Assembly (NCBI GenBank): GCA_964016885.1
Contig: OZ024749.1
Location: 35,464,001-35,528,000 of the forward strand
DNA: 64,000 nt
Origin: Eledone cirrhosa
Lineage: Eukaryota
Direction of reading: 5' to 3'
A model generated the notes under the pieces. It was not told the origin of the DNA. It did no database searches and was given only the letters and a program-made list of their open reading frames with translations. This document shows, piece after piece, positions 27,571 to 40,938 of the stretch (position 1 is the stretch's first letter; every line of letters begins with the position of its first letter). A program made the translations under genes and the position numbers.

Positions 27571-27783
27571 AGTCGATTGACTTTTGTCAAATTGGACTGA
27601 GGAAACGATGTTTCCATTGGTCTTTCCAATTGCTAATACTGTCTATTGGTCGCAACTCCAGGTAGAAGGAGCAACATGAAATAAAATGTCTTGCTCAAGA
27701 ACATAACGCATCACCCGATCTGGGAATCGAACTCACAACCTCATGATTGCGAATCCAATTCTCTAACCACTCAGCCACATGCC
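27571..27783 (-). mobile_element. tRNA/CORE-type SINE
   Basis: Reverse-strand relative of 57118-57331. Confidence 0.85.
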
Positions 27784-28244
27784 TTCACTAACTATATATA
27801 AATATATATTTATCTCTCTCTCACTCCTCCCTGTCTCTCTCTCACTATCTGTCTCCCTCTCTATCTGTCAGTCTCTCTCTCTGTCTATATATCTATCTTT
27901 CTCTCTGTCTATCAATCTCTGTTTCCCTCCCACTCTGTATGTATGTTTGTGTGTCTCTCCTTCTCTCCCTACCTCTCTCTCACACACACACTCTCTTTCT
28001 CTCACTCTCTCCTTAACTTTGTCTATCTATCTATCTTTCACTCTGTCTAGCAATCTCTCTCTCTCTCTCTCTCTTCCTCCCTCTGTATATATATGTTTTC
28101 TCCTGCCCTCCCTGCCCACTTCTCTTTGTAGAAGTGGTCAACATTACTATATATTAACTGAAAATAAATCATATTTAGAATGTCCAGCTAAGATAAATTA
28201 CAAGAGAAAGTATTCAAGATATAAAATAGATACAAATGTGTGAT

Positions 28245-29310
28245 ATTACAATGGCAGTAGCATGTAATAATAGCCAGTGTTATTTGTGTGATATCACAGG
28301 TCTTAATGATAGCACTGGTCCTCTGTATGATATTGTACTATGGCAATAACATGTAAATGGCTGGTGATGGTTGCGTGATATCACAGGCCTTAATGATAGC
28401 ACTGGTCCTCTATATGATATTGTACTATGGCAATAACATGTAAATGGCTGGTGATGGTTGCGTGATATCACAGGCCTTAATGATAGCACTGGTCCTCTAT
28501 ATGATATTGTACTATGGCAATAACATGTAAATGGCTGGTGATGGTTGCGTGATATCACAGGCCTTAATGATAGCACTGGTCCTCTATATGATATTGTACT
28601 ATGGCAATAACATGTAAATGGCTGGTGATGGTTGTGTGATATCACAGGCCTTAATGATAGCACTGGTCCTCTAAATGATATTGTACTATGGCAATAACAT
28701 GTAAATGGCTGGTGATGGTTGCGTGATATCACAGGCCTTAATGATAGCACTGGTCCTCTATATGATATTGTACTATGGCAATAACATGTAAATGGCTGGT
28801 GATGGTTGCGTGATATCACAGGCCTTAATGATAGCACTGGTCCTCTATATGATATTGTACTATGGCAATAACATGTAAATGGCTGGTGATGGTTGTGTGA
28901 TATCACAGGCCTTAATGATAGCACTGGTCCTCTATATGATATTGTACTATGGCAATAACATGTAAATGGCTGGTGATGGTTGTGTGATATCACAGGCCTT
29001 AATGATAGCACTGGTCCTCTATATGATATTGTACTATGGCAATAACATGTAAATGGCTGGTGATGGTTGTGTGATATCACAGGCCTTAATGATAGCACTG
29101 GTCCTCTATATGATATTGTACTATGGCAATAACATGTAAATGGCTGGTGATGGTTGTGTGATATCACAGGCCTTAATGACAGCACTGGTCCTCTATATGA
29201 TATTGTACTATGGCAATAACATGTAAATGGCTGGTGATGGTTGCGTGATATCACAGGCCTTAATGACAGCACTGGTCCTCTATATGATATCACTATGGCC
29301 ATAACATATA
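28245..29310. repeat. 87-bp minisatellite, ~12 copies
   Basis: 29-aa periodicity in ORF 28280-29302; a degenerate unit resumes at 29503-29620 after a SINE. Confidence 0.95.
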
Positions 29311-29311
29311 A

Positions 29312-29497
29312 TTGTTTCTACTTTTGGCACAAGGCCAGCAATTATCCCAGTGTATTACTGGTACTTTATTTTATCGACCCCGTAAGGATGAAAGGCAAAG
29401 TTAACCTCGGCGGGATTTGAACTCAGACCATAAAGGGACATAAATCTTTGCTGCTCTAAAGCATGGCGTCCGACCCGCTACCTATACTGCCAATCCA
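29312..29497 (-). mobile_element. Meta/MESC-domain SINE with TSD
   Basis: Same family as 8235; ATGGCCATAACATATAAT at 29295 and 29503. Confidence 0.9.
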
Positions 29498-30029
29498 TGG
29501 CCATGGCCATAACATATAATAATGGCTGTGTTGTTTGTGTGATATCACAAGCTTAACTGGTAGCACTGGCCATCTATTTGATATTACTACAGCAATAGCA
29601 GGTAGTGGCCAGTGATGCTTGTGTCATGAATAACATCACTCACCACCCTCAATCCTTCCCCCACAACATCTTCCACTACCACCATCAACACCACCACCTT
29701 CTATCTCCTACTAACATCTTTCATCACCTCCACCAACATCAACACCACCACCACCACCACCATCACTACCGCCATCAACACCACCAACATCTTCCACCAC
29801 TGCAAGAAGTCCATCATGTGTTTGTGTGTGTGTATGTGCGTATGTGCATAGAATTATATTTATATAAACAGGGTATATCAAAGAGAATCATCTGATTTCA
29901 AAAGGCTATATTATTTCTTAAACAAATGACCATACAAACACGCAGTAACTTGTACAATACATGTCTGAATATAAAGTTATATTCCTTTTTATAAAGTTAT
30001 TTACAATTTTTACATGCCTTTCAGCCTGT

Positions 30030-30175
30030 TTCAAGATGATGATTCTTTGTGATACACCTTCAAATGAAATAGTTCTAGTCCTGTAGAAGCCATTTCTATA
30101 TTAAACATTGTATATACTCTACTATGCATTGAGTACCTTACTTACAGTGGTTACCCCCGATTGAACCCGGGATAC
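30030..30175 (+). mobile_element. Family B element with degenerate hammerhead
   Basis: ATGATGA...CAAAT-GAAA-TAGTTCTAGTCCTG-TA^GAAGC and tail TTGAGTACCTTACTTACAGTGGTTACCCCCGATT, shared with 32761 and 45189. Confidence 0.7.
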
Positions 30176-30194
30176 ATATATCGATACATCTCTT

Positions 30195-30225
<31 letters not shown>

Positions 30226-30350
30226 CCCAGTGTATATATATATATATATATCAGCAAAATATAGTTATAAGGTTTGTGATTTAAAACTCTAATCCAGAGA
30301 TTTGATTCTGAATTGTTTTTTTTCTATTTAATTACTAAACCTGTAGATAT

Positions 30351-30530
30351 TTGTTTCTACTTTAGGCACAAGGCCAGCAATAACCCAGTTCATTACTGGT
30401 ACTTTATTTTATCGACCCCGTAAGGATGAAAGGCAAAGTCAACCTCGGCGGGATTTGAACTCAGATCGTAAAGGGACATAACTATGCTGGAAAGCATGGC
30501 GTCCGACCCTCTACCGATACTGCCAATCCA
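30351..30530 (-). mobile_element. Meta/MESC-domain SINE with TSD
   Basis: TSD CTAAACCTGTAGATATT at 30335 and 30531. Confidence 0.9.
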
Positions 30531-30734
30531 CTAAACCTGTAGATATTGTTCTCTATACAGTAATGGTAAAAACACTCGTAATAATTCTTTACACACATCT
30601 CACTGTGTAACACACTTCTCTTTGTGTAATATATACTTGCATTTGAGCTCAGAAGGAAATTCTCTATTTCTTCTTTGAGCTAATACTATTATTATTATTA
30701 CAGTGAACTGCGGAATACTCTTAATTCCGATCTT

Positions 30735-30755
<21 letters not shown>

Positions 30756-30765
<10 letters not shown>

Positions 30766-30945
30766 TTAAGGCTAAACAATGAGATTTGTTACTCTAGAGT
30801 TTTGCCTGTTTATCACAGGGTCATCAGATGATAAACAGGGGAAATTCCAGAGTAACAAGACTCCTTTTTTAGCCTTAATAAAATGAATATTTAAACTCTA
30901 CTTTAGTATTAAGAACTCTTTTCTCTCAGCTGTCAACTACATATG
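30756..30945. mobile_element. Family D fold-back element with hammerhead core on the minus strand
   Basis: Minus strand CTGATGA-CCCTG tgataaa CAGGC-AAAA-CTCTAGAG-TA^ACAA; plus arm TGATAAACAGGG-GAAA-TTCCAGAG-TA^ACAA...AATAAA; arms 30756-30815 and 30829-30888. Confidence 0.75.
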
Positions 30946-30954
30946 GATATATAT

Positions 30955-31220
30955 ATCATCATCATCATCATCACCGTTTTACGTCCGTTCTTCCACGCTA
31001 GCATGGGTTAGACGGGTTGTCCTGTTGTGGGCAGTGTCTGGTCGGCTGACCATGCCTTGCTCATACAGGAACTGATTTGGCTTGACTTCTACAGCTGCAT
31101 GCCCTTCCTAACACCAACCTCATTTACAGTGAGTGCTGGGTGCTTTTTCGTGGCGCCTACACGTCCACTTTACAGTGTGGGCTGGGTGCTTTTTTGCCGT
31201 GGCACCTCCACGACCACCTT
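30955..31220 (-). mobile_element. SINE with RTE-like tail
   Basis: Same family as 6812 and 54450. Confidence 0.75.
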
Positions 31221-31339
31221 GCGTTGGGGGTGTGGGGGCATATTGTCTATATGCTTCAGCTTGTACCCATGGGAGGTCGGGTACTCTGTATTACTGCGTG
31301 ACGCCAGAGGTCACGGTCGTGTGTCATATATATATATAA

Positions 31340-31523
31340 TACGATATATTAACAAATGGAAACTATATTTATAAAACCATATTTATTTCATTATACATAT
31401 TTCAAGGACACCAAGTTAAATTATGGTGTGCTTTCATCAGCTAAAATATAATATAGATCAGTTTTATAAATAAATATTGACATACCCTTAAAGAATGCGA
31501 CCATTTCTGTTGGAAGCTCCCGG
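31340..31523 (-). mobile_element. Family A element (single arm) with hammerhead at 31385-31447
   Basis: Minus strand TTTTAG-CTGATGA-AAGCACACCA taatttaact TGGTGTCCTT-GAAA-TATGTA-TA^ATGAAAT; nearly identical to 44683-44863. Confidence 0.8.
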
Positions 31524-32341
<818 letters not shown>

Positions 32342-32470
32342 GAGCAAGACATGGTCACTTAACCTTGTATTTCTCACAACAGGACAACTCATCTAACCCA
32401 TGCTAGCATGGATAAAATGGACGTTAAATGGTGATGTTGATGATATAAATATATTTATATATATATATAT

Positions 32471-32730
32471 GATGTGTTGTTTCCTTGAGCAAGACACTTT
32501 ATTTCACATTGCTCCAGTTTACTCAGCTGTAGAAATGAGATGATAGGACTGGGGTCCATATCATTCCACTGCAAAGTGGAGGTACCACGGCAAAAAAGCA
32601 CCCAGCCCACACTGTAAATGAGGTTGGTGTTAGGAAGGGCATCCAGCTGTAGAAATCAAGCCAAATCAGTTCCCATTCCACCCTTGCATGCTGGGAAAAG
32701 CGGACGTAAAATGAAATGATGATGATGATA
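32471..32730 (+). mobile_element. 5'-truncated CORE-type SINE with RTE-like tail
   Basis: Matches 36550-36825. Confidence 0.8.
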
Positions 32731-32760
32731 TGTGTGTATGTGTGTGTGTGTGTGTTTCCC

Positions 32761-33192
32761 AGGATCAATCGGGGATAACCACAGTAAGTAAAGTACTCAA
32801 TACATAGTTGAGTATATACAATATTTAATATAGAAATCGCTTCTACAGGACTAGAACTGTTTCATTTGAAGAAAATCATCAGGAAAGCCCTGTGTTTGTG
32901 TGTGTGTGCATGTGTTTATGTCTTTAAGGTACTCAATACATAGTTGAGTATATACAATATTTAATATAGAAATCGCTTCTACAGGACTAGAACTGTTTCA
33001 TTTGAAGAAAATCATCAGGAAAGCCCTGTGTTTGTGTGTGTGTGCATGTGTTTATGTCTTTAAGGTACTCAATACATAGTTGAGTATATACAATATTTAA
33101 TATAGAAATCGCTTCTACAGGACTAGAACTGTTTCATTTGAATAAAATCATCAGGAAAGCCCCGTGTTTGTGTGTGTGTGCATGTGTTTATG
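32761..33192 (-). repeat. Three tandem 136-bp units, each with a type I hammerhead (family B)
   Basis: GTACTCAA at 32793, 32929 and 33065; ribozymes at 32839-32888, 32975-33024 and 33111-33160. Confidence 0.9.
32839..32888 (-). ncRNA. Type I hammerhead ribozyme (family B; first of three)
   Basis: GCTTTC-CTGATGA-TTTT cttc AAAT-GAAA-CAG ttctagtc CTG-TA^GAAGC; canonical core and GUA site, but stem II is short and weak. Confidence 0.75.
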
Positions 33193-33477
33193 TTTTCAAC
33201 TTAACTGTCCGACAATGAAATAAGTACCAAGCTTTATAAAAAAAAAAAATAGCTTGTTGGGGTGGGATATAATTGACTAAAATTCCATTTACGGTGGTGC
33301 CCCAGCATGGCCACAGTCTAATGACAAAAACCGGTAAAAAGAAGAAACAAAATATAAAATTGTAAAGTGAGATGACAATTGCTTTATTTGACTGTTCAAT
33401 GGATCGAGTTCTTTACATAATCGAGAAGATAAGAGATGAAAGGTATTAATATTGAAATATTGAGGTTTATATATTGC

Positions 33478-33511
<34 letters not shown>

Positions 33512-34075
33512 ATAGTAGTAGTAGTGGGGATGGGGGGGGGGTTGTAGTGGTGGTTGTGGTAGTGTTGCCAGTGGTCGTGGTGGTGGTTGTAGTAGTGGTA
33601 GTGGTGGTGGTGGTGGTAGGGATGGTGGTGGTCGTTGCAGTGGCAGTGGTGGTTGTAGTAGTGGTGGTGGTTGTGGTAGGGATGGTGGTGGTAGGGATGG
33701 TGGTGGTAGGGATGGTGGTGGTAGGGATGGTGGTGGTCGTTGCAGTGGCAGTGGTGGTTGTAGTAGTGGTGGTGGTTGTGGTTGTGGTAGTGGTGGTAGT
33801 CGTAGTAGTGGTGGGGATGGTGGTGGAGATGGCAGTAAATGGGGGTAGTTGTAGTAGTAGTGGTGGCGGTGGTGGTGGTGGCGGTGGTTGTGCTGGTGGT
33901 TGTGCTGGTGGTGGCAGTGATGATTGGAGTAGTAGTAGTGGTGGTAGTGGTGGTTGTGCTGGTGGTGGTTGTAGTAGTGGAGACGGGGTGGTGGTGGTTG
34001 CAGTAGTGGAGACGGGGTGGTGGTGGTTGCAGTAGTGGAGACGGGGTGGTGGTGGTTGCAGTAGTAGTGGTAATG
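33478..34075. repeat. (GTA/GGT)n trinucleotide block
   Basis: Directly visible. Confidence 0.9.
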
Positions 34076-34127
34076 TAGAAGGATCTGTGACCATTAACAT
34101 GTTTTTGGAACATTCATTGATCAATCA

Positions 34128-34780
34128 ACACACACACACCACACATACATACACACACACACACACAGGCACTTTCACACACACACACACACACACAGGC
34201 ACTTTCACACACACACACACACACACAGGCACTTTCACACACACACACACACACACAGGCACTTTCACACACACACACACACACACACAGGCACTTTCAC
34301 ACACACACACACACACACACAGGCACTTTCACACACACACACACACACACACACAGGCACTTTCACACACACACTTTCACACACACACAGGCACTTTCAC
34401 ACACACACACACACACACACAGGCACTTTCACACACACACACACACACACAGGCACTTTCACACACACACACACACACACACAGGCACTTTCACACACAC
34501 ACACACACACACAGGCACTTTCACACACACACACACACACACACAGGCACTTTCACACACACACACACACACACACAGGCACTTTCACACACACACACAC
34601 ACACACACAGGCACTTTCACACACACACAGGCACTTTCACACACACACACACACACAGGCACTTTCACACACACACAGGCACTTTCACACACACACAGGC
34701 ACTCACATACACACACACAGAGACTCACACACACACACACACAGAGACTCACACACACACACAGACACTCACACACACAA
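34128..34780. repeat. Compound repeat AGGCACTTTC(AC)n
   Basis: About 20 copies of a fixed 10-mer separated by variable (AC)n. Confidence 0.95.
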
Positions 34781-35069
34781 TTACATTGATCAATCCATTT
34801 ACAGACACAGAAACACATACATATATCTACACATACACACATCGATCAATCCACACACACACACATTGATCAATCCACACATACATATGTACATCAACAC
34901 ACACACACACACACTAACCCCCCCCCCCCCCCCCCCAACGTTATAAATTTGATACCTATTCCATTAATTCTAAGTAGAAATTTATTGGTGGTTTCAGGTT
35001 GACATTTCCATTTTGAATGTGAGACAACTTCTGCTAGAAGAAGTATTTATTGTATGGAACATTCCACCG

Positions 35070-36241
35070 TCATCTGGTGTCATCAGGTGTCACCTGGTGT
35101 TACTGTTGTTGTGAGATACAGGGGACCACAACACTGTCACTTGGTGTTACTGTTGTTGTGAGATAGGGGGGGGGGGGCACAATATTGTCACATGGTGTTA
35201 CTGTTGTTGTGAGATAGGGGGGGGCACAACATTATCACCTGGTGTTAACTGTTGTGAGATAGGCCACACCATTGTCACCTGGTGTTAACTGTTGTGAGAT
35301 AGGGGGTACCACAACACTGTCATCTAGTGTTAACCGTTGTGAGATAGGGGGTACCACAAGACTGTCATCTAGTGTTAACTGTTGTGAGATAGGGGGTACC
35401 ACAACACTGTCATCTAGTGTTAACTGTTGTGAGATAGGGGGTACCACAACACTGTCATCTAGTGTTAACTGTTGTGAGATAGGGGGTACCACAACACTGT
35501 CATCTAGTGTTAACTGTTGTGAGATAGGGGGTACCACAACACTGTCATCTAGTGTTAACTGTTGTGAGATAGGGGGTACCACAACACTGTCATCTAGTGT
35601 TAACTGTTGTGAGATGGGGGTACCACAACACTGTCATCTAGTGTTAACTGTTGTGAGATAGGGGGTACCACAACACTGTCATCTAGTGTTAACTGTGGTG
35701 AGATAGGGGGTACCACAACACTGTCATCTAGTGTTAACTGTTGTGAGATAGGGGGTACCACAACACTGTCATCTAGTGTTAACTGTTGTGAGATAGGGGG
35801 TACCACAACACTGTCATCTAGTGTTAACTGTTGTGAGATAGGGGGTACCACAACACTGTCATCTAGTGTTAACTGTTGTGAGATAGGGGGTACCACAACA
35901 CTGTCATCTAGTGTTAACTGTTGTGAGATAGGGGGTACCACAACACTGTCATCTAGTGTTAACTGTTGTGAGATAGGGGGTACCACAACACTGTCATCTA
36001 GTGTTAACTGTGGTGAGATAGGGGGTACCACAACACTGTCATCTAGTGTTAACTGTTGTGAGATAGGGGGTACCACAACACTGTCATCTAGTGTTAACTG
36101 TTGTGAGATAGGGGGTACCACAACACTGTCATCTAGTGTTAACTGTGGTGAGATAGGGAGACCACAACACTGTCATCTAGTGTTACTGTTGTTGTGAGAT
36201 AGAGAGGCCACAACATTGCCACCTGGTGTTACTGTTGTGAG
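35070..36241. repeat. 45-bp minisatellite (~20 homogeneous copies plus degenerate edges)
   Basis: Unit GTGTTAACTGTTGTGAGATAGGGGGTACCACAACACTGTCATCTA. Confidence 0.95.
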
Positions 36242-36275
36242 ATCAGTAGCTTTGCCTCAGTACTGACTTGGTCTG

Positions 36276-36335
36276 TGTAGACCCATCCAGCTCTTGCTAG
36301 CAGGGAAAGTGGACGTTAAAACGATGATGATGATG

Positions 36336-36401
<66 letters not shown>

Positions 36402-36461
36402 CATCATCATCATCGTTTTAACGTCCACTTTCCCTGCTAGCAAGAGCTCGATGGGTCTACA
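36276..36461. repeat. Inverted duplication of a SINE tail around (TA)n
   Basis: About 62-bp arms with one mismatch and a TA spacer. Confidence 0.9.
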
Positions 36462-36478
36462 TATATATATATATATGG

Positions 36479-36825
36479 AGGCACATGGCTTAGTGGTTAG
36501 AGCATTGACCTTGCAATCGAAAGGTTGTGAGTTCAATTCTCAGACTGGGTGATGTGTTGTTTCCTTGAGCAAGACACTTTATTTCATATTGCTCCAGTTT
36601 ACTCAGCTGTAGAAATGAGGTGATAGGGACTGGGATCCATATCATTCCACTGCAAAGGGGTCGTGGAGGTGCCACAGCAAAAAAGGACCCAGCACTCACT
36701 GTAAATGAGGTTGGTGTTAGGAAGGGCATCCAGCTGTAGAAATCAAGCCAGCATCAGTTCCCGTCCCACCCTTGCAAGCAGGGAAAAAGCAGACGTAAAA
36801 TGAAATGATGATGATGATGATGATG
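36479..36825 (+). mobile_element. Full tRNA/CORE-type SINE with RTE-like tail
   Basis: A box TGGCTTAGTGG, B box GTTCAATTC, CORE TTCCTTGAGCAAGACACTTTA, tail ending in (TGA)n. Confidence 0.9.
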
Positions 36826-37514
36826 TACATGTGTGTGCTTGTTGGTGTCTGTGTGTCCATGTATGTGTGTGTCTGTGTGCATGTGAGTGTGTCCCCATAA
36901 GTCTGCGTAAATGTTTACATTTACATTTACACTGTAAACTTTCACTCATAACTCCTGCTAAACCAACCCCCCTGACTTGTAATCACAATTTTGTTTACTT
37001 CTATAACTGGAAACTGTAATAATCACTTCATTATTTGTTTATTTGCTCTATCTCTATGTTAGTGGGGGCTGGTTAATATAATTAACTAAATCCCTTCAAG
37101 GTGGTGCCCCAGCATGGTCACAGTCTAATGACCGAAACCAGTAAAGAAATAAAAGGATTAAAAAACTAAGTAAAGTGAATATGAGAATGAAAGCTGTCGT
37201 TTCTTGTAATCTCTGATCAGCAGACATAACACATTACTGAACAATTATCAGAAAATCTCCGCTGGAATTTATTAGGATATTATTGATTATTAACCCTAAT
37301 CTTTCAGTCCAGATCAATAACTGAAGATTTACTACCCACCTTTAACAACATCAGCTGATTTCTCTAGATGGAAAGGGATGGAGAAGGGAAGGGCTGAGGT
37401 GCTATTGGTGTCCTTGGCCCTCAGATTGCTACAGAGGAATGAAAGGATTAAATACCAGAGAATTAATTGACTGTTTCCTTTTTGTGCTGGGCACTATCAA
37501 GACCTCTGGTTATT

Positions 37515-37962
37515 ATATCAACCTTATGTTCATGTCATATCAACCCTATAATCATATTAACCCTACAGTCATATCAACCTTATGATCATATCAGTCCTAT
37601 GATCATATCAACCCTATGATCATATCAGTCCTATGATCATATCAACCCTATGATCATCTCAGTCCTATGATCATATCAACCCTGTGATCATATCAACCCT
37701 ATGATCATCTCAGTCCTATGATCATATCAGTCCTATGATCATATCAATCCTGTGATCAAATCAACACTATGATCATATCAACCCTATGATCATATCAACC
37801 CTATGATCAAATCAACACTATGATCAAATCAACCCTATGATCATATCAGTCCTATGATCATATCAACCCTGTGATCAAATCAACCCTATGATCAAATCAA
37901 CCCTATGATCAAATCAACCCTATGATCATATCAGCCCTATGATCATATCAACCCTGTGATCA
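37515..37962. repeat. 17-bp minisatellite, ~26 copies
   Basis: TATGATCATATCAACCC; period 17 (37581, 37598, 37615). Confidence 0.93.
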
Positions 37963-38019
37963 TAGGATCCAGGAAGAAGATAAGTTCTCTATAGCTCTGA
38001 TAATAGTATCTGGAACTTT

Positions 38020-38197
38020 AGTGAATCAAAAAGGTCACTAGCATCCAAGAGTGGGGAACAGAATCAAATAGTTTCCTGTAGTCCGACCAGACTGTTATCA
38101 AGTTCCTCCTAGATTGCCGCACCCCTGACATCCCGGTTTTGTTAATTAGAAGTTGCTCAGCACCCCACCAAACTCCTTTCTTTCCAGCAACTTGTTC
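38020..38197 (-). pseudogene. R4/Dong-like non-LTR reverse transcriptase fragment
   Basis: EQVAGKKGVWWGAEQLLINK...RRNLITVWSDYRKLFDSVPHSWM resembles the EQxG...EQLLIDK...WIDYKKAFDSVPHSWI motif. Confidence 0.75.
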
Positions 38198-38748
38198 AGT
38201 ATGTATATATATATATGTATGTATGAATGTATGAATGTATGAATGTATGAATGTATGTATATATGTGAAGTAGTTGGTGATGTGAAGGGCATCCAACCAT
38301 GGAAGGCTTCGAAACAAAGGGTTTGGAGGACCTATAAGTCATGTCAAGGGCATGACAGGCTCCCTAGTCTTTGGTAATCTACATGATCAATGCACCCAGT
38401 ACATGCTGAAAAGTGGTTAGTGATAGGAAGGGGCATCCAGCTGTAGAAATCTTGCCAAACAAAGGGTTGGCAGGACTCTTAGTTGTGTCAAAGACATGAC
38501 AACCTGTCCTGTGCACTTGGTGGTATATGAGACTGTACATAAGCAAGACTCGGATCCCTGGCCTGTCTGGGAGATTAGTAGCTCTGCCTCAGAACTCACT
38601 TGGTCTGTGTGGATCCTTCCAGCCCTTGCAAGCAGGAAAAATGGATGTTAAAACGATGATGATGATGAGGATCTAGCTGTCGAAACAGCCGGAGCTCAAC
38701 CATTGGGGTCTTACTGTACCGATTTTGTTGTTATTTCTGTTTACCTTT

Positions 38749-38797
<49 letters not shown>

Positions 38798-38846
38798 TAT
38801 ATATATATATACACAGTATATATATATATATATATATATATAAATA

Positions 38847-39043
38847 TAACGAAGGAAATGTGGTAAGGAACCAGGTGGACCTTAACGCACCAAAGTACTC
38901 AATACTTAGGATAGTAGAGTGGGTAATAGGAACCAGTAAGACCCCGACGGCTGAGCTCAAGCCGTTTCGACGGCTAATTCTTTTTTTAGTCCAGAATTAG
39001 CCGTCGAAACGGCTTGAGCTCAGCCGTCGGGGTCTTACTGGTT

Positions 39044-39048
<5 letters not shown>
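38847..39048 (-). mobile_element. Family C fold-back element (two hammerhead 3' halves head-to-head)
   Basis: Arms 38926-38981 and 38993-39048; each reads AGAATTAGCCGTC-GAAA-CGGCTtgagctcAGCCG-TC^GGGGTC; (TA)n on both sides. Confidence 0.85.
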
Positions 39049-39098
<50 letters not shown>

Positions 39099-39695
39099 AT
39101 GTGTGTGTGTGTGCATGAACATACATGTATAAAAGCAAAGATAGACAGATGTAATCGCATGATATATATATACAGTTCTGGTGTACATACATATACACAA
39201 AATATGCTACACATACATGTGCACACACAGATACACACACATACACTCACACACAGGTAATTTCTTTTCTCCTTTAAATCAAAATTTTTTCCCCAAAATT
39301 AACATTGACTGCTCATGTATCAAATATTATAAAATGTAACCTGCAGAAAAAAAAACTATATCAGAATTAACTCTCTCTCTTTCTCTCTCTCTCTCTCTCA
39401 TCCTCTCTCACTCTCTCTCTCTCTCTCTTTAAAACCTGTAATAGCAGTGTAAAACAGATCCAGTGAACTGGAAGCCAGCAACAACAGCAGCAGGAGCAAC
39501 AACAATGACAACAACAACAGCAGCAATAAGAACAGCAATATGGCAATGGAAGAAGCAGCAGATAAGATCAACATAAGTAGTTCCACATAAAACCTCCACT
39601 TACTTCACTGCACTAGAATCTCATTAATTTTATCTTTTTTTAAAATATTATAGAAAATATTTTGTTAGGTATACCAAAGCTTGTTACTTAGACTG

Positions 39696-39764
<69 letters not shown>

Positions 39765-40280
39765 CCAGCCCACACTGTAAAGTGGTTGTGTAGGTGTCAT
39801 GACAAAAAGTACCCAGCCCACACTGTAAAGTGGTCGTGTAAGTATCACAACAAAAAGCACGCAGCCAACACTGTAAAGTGGTTTTGTAAGTATCACAACA
39901 AAAAGCACCCAGCCAACACTGTAAAGTGGTTGTGTAAGTATCACAACAAAAAGCACCCAGACAACACTGTAAAGTGGTTGTGTAAGTATCACAACAAAAA
40001 GTACCCAGCCCACACTGTAAAGTGGTCGTGTAAGTATCACAACAAAAAGCACCCAGCCAACACTGTAAAGTGGTTGTGTAGGAGTCATGACTAAAAGCAC
40101 CCAGCACACACTGTAAATGTGGTTGGCATTAGGAATGGCATTCAGCCTTAGAAACCTACTCCAAAACAGTCCTATGTAAGCAAGACACAGGCATCTGACC
40201 CAACTTACCTCAAATGGGATGATCTGTCTAACTCATGCTAGCATGGAAAGTTGACATTAAAAGATGATGATGATGATGAT
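39765..40280 (+). mobile_element. SINE 3' part with an internal 48-bp unit amplified ~7x
   Basis: CCCAGCCMACACTGTAAAGTGGTYGTGTA...AAAAAG repeats run into the standard SINE tail. Confidence 0.85.
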
Positions 40281-40289
40281 ATATAATAA

Positions 40290-40705
40290 TTTTGAAGGTT
40301 GCCTGTGGCACCGATAACATCTACTTTGTAGGCCACCTCCGAATCAAATGCTTTCTCTATTTTCTCTATTTGTTTATATCTTCTCAGTCTGTGTTTGCCA
40401 TAATTCCTTTATTGTGTAACCTATTATGTAATATGGACCTGATGATGTTGCCAGGATTTATGTAACTTGGCCATTGAAATATATATATAGTGTCTTTGCA
40501 ACAATAAAACTTAAAGGGAACTTCACCAGTCTGTCCCTTATTCAAAATAATAATTAACTTTGTCCACGCAGGACTAACAGGATTCAACATCAAAGATGGA
40601 TGAGTTACATAACGGTGAGTGCCCTTCCTACTATTACATTATGGTTAACTATATGGAATGATCAGTTCTAACCATTGGTGAACTACCAAACTTCAATGAA
40701 TATAT
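40290..40705 (+). mobile_element. Family E element with hammerhead at 40435-40494
   Basis: AC-CTGATGA-TGTTGCCAGG...CTTGGCCATT-GAAA-TATATATA-TA^GT, AATAAA at 40503; tail homologous to 9565-9770; stem I weak. Confidence 0.75.
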
Positions 40706-40938
40706 CTATCTATCTAAGGCGGGTAAAATTCCCGAGATCCATGGACGAGTTCTCTCCAGCGGTCTCTGTCCCTCATTATCGTTACCATGTCCTGCGTCTC
40801 CAGGAGACTGAGGTTAGCTGGACATGCTCACCGACATCCAGAGTTGACATTGCACTCAGTGCTCCTTTGGGAGCCCCTACATGGACACACTAGAAGAGGA
40901 AGACCAAGGTTAACGTATGTTGGTGCCCTAAGGACAGA
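40706..40938 (-). mobile_element. 5'-inverted RTE-like insertion with 12-bp TSD
   Basis: 40730-40800 matches the 3' end of the 7670 element (minus); 40801-40938 is the upstream part on plus; CAATGAATATAT at 40694 and 40939. Confidence 0.85.

Noticed and set aside
28280-29302. 340-aa Cys/His-containing repeat ORF as a zinc-binding protein
   Set aside because: The 87-bp unit is a multiple of 3 and nearly identical at DNA level, with no codon-position bias; the ORF begins at a SINE TSD and spacing does not match C2H2.
34128-34700. Fixed 10-mer with variable spacers
   Set aside because: The spacers are only (AC)n length variants.
35055-35090. Minus-strand CTGATGA-CACC..GGTG-GAAT
   Set aside because: GAAT instead of GAAA, with no stem I or III; arises from the degenerate edge of the 45-bp array.
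35235-36121. PPISQQLTLDDSVVV repeat ORFs
   Set aside because: They come from a 45-bp minisatellite, are open on both strands and are broken by a 1-bp indel.
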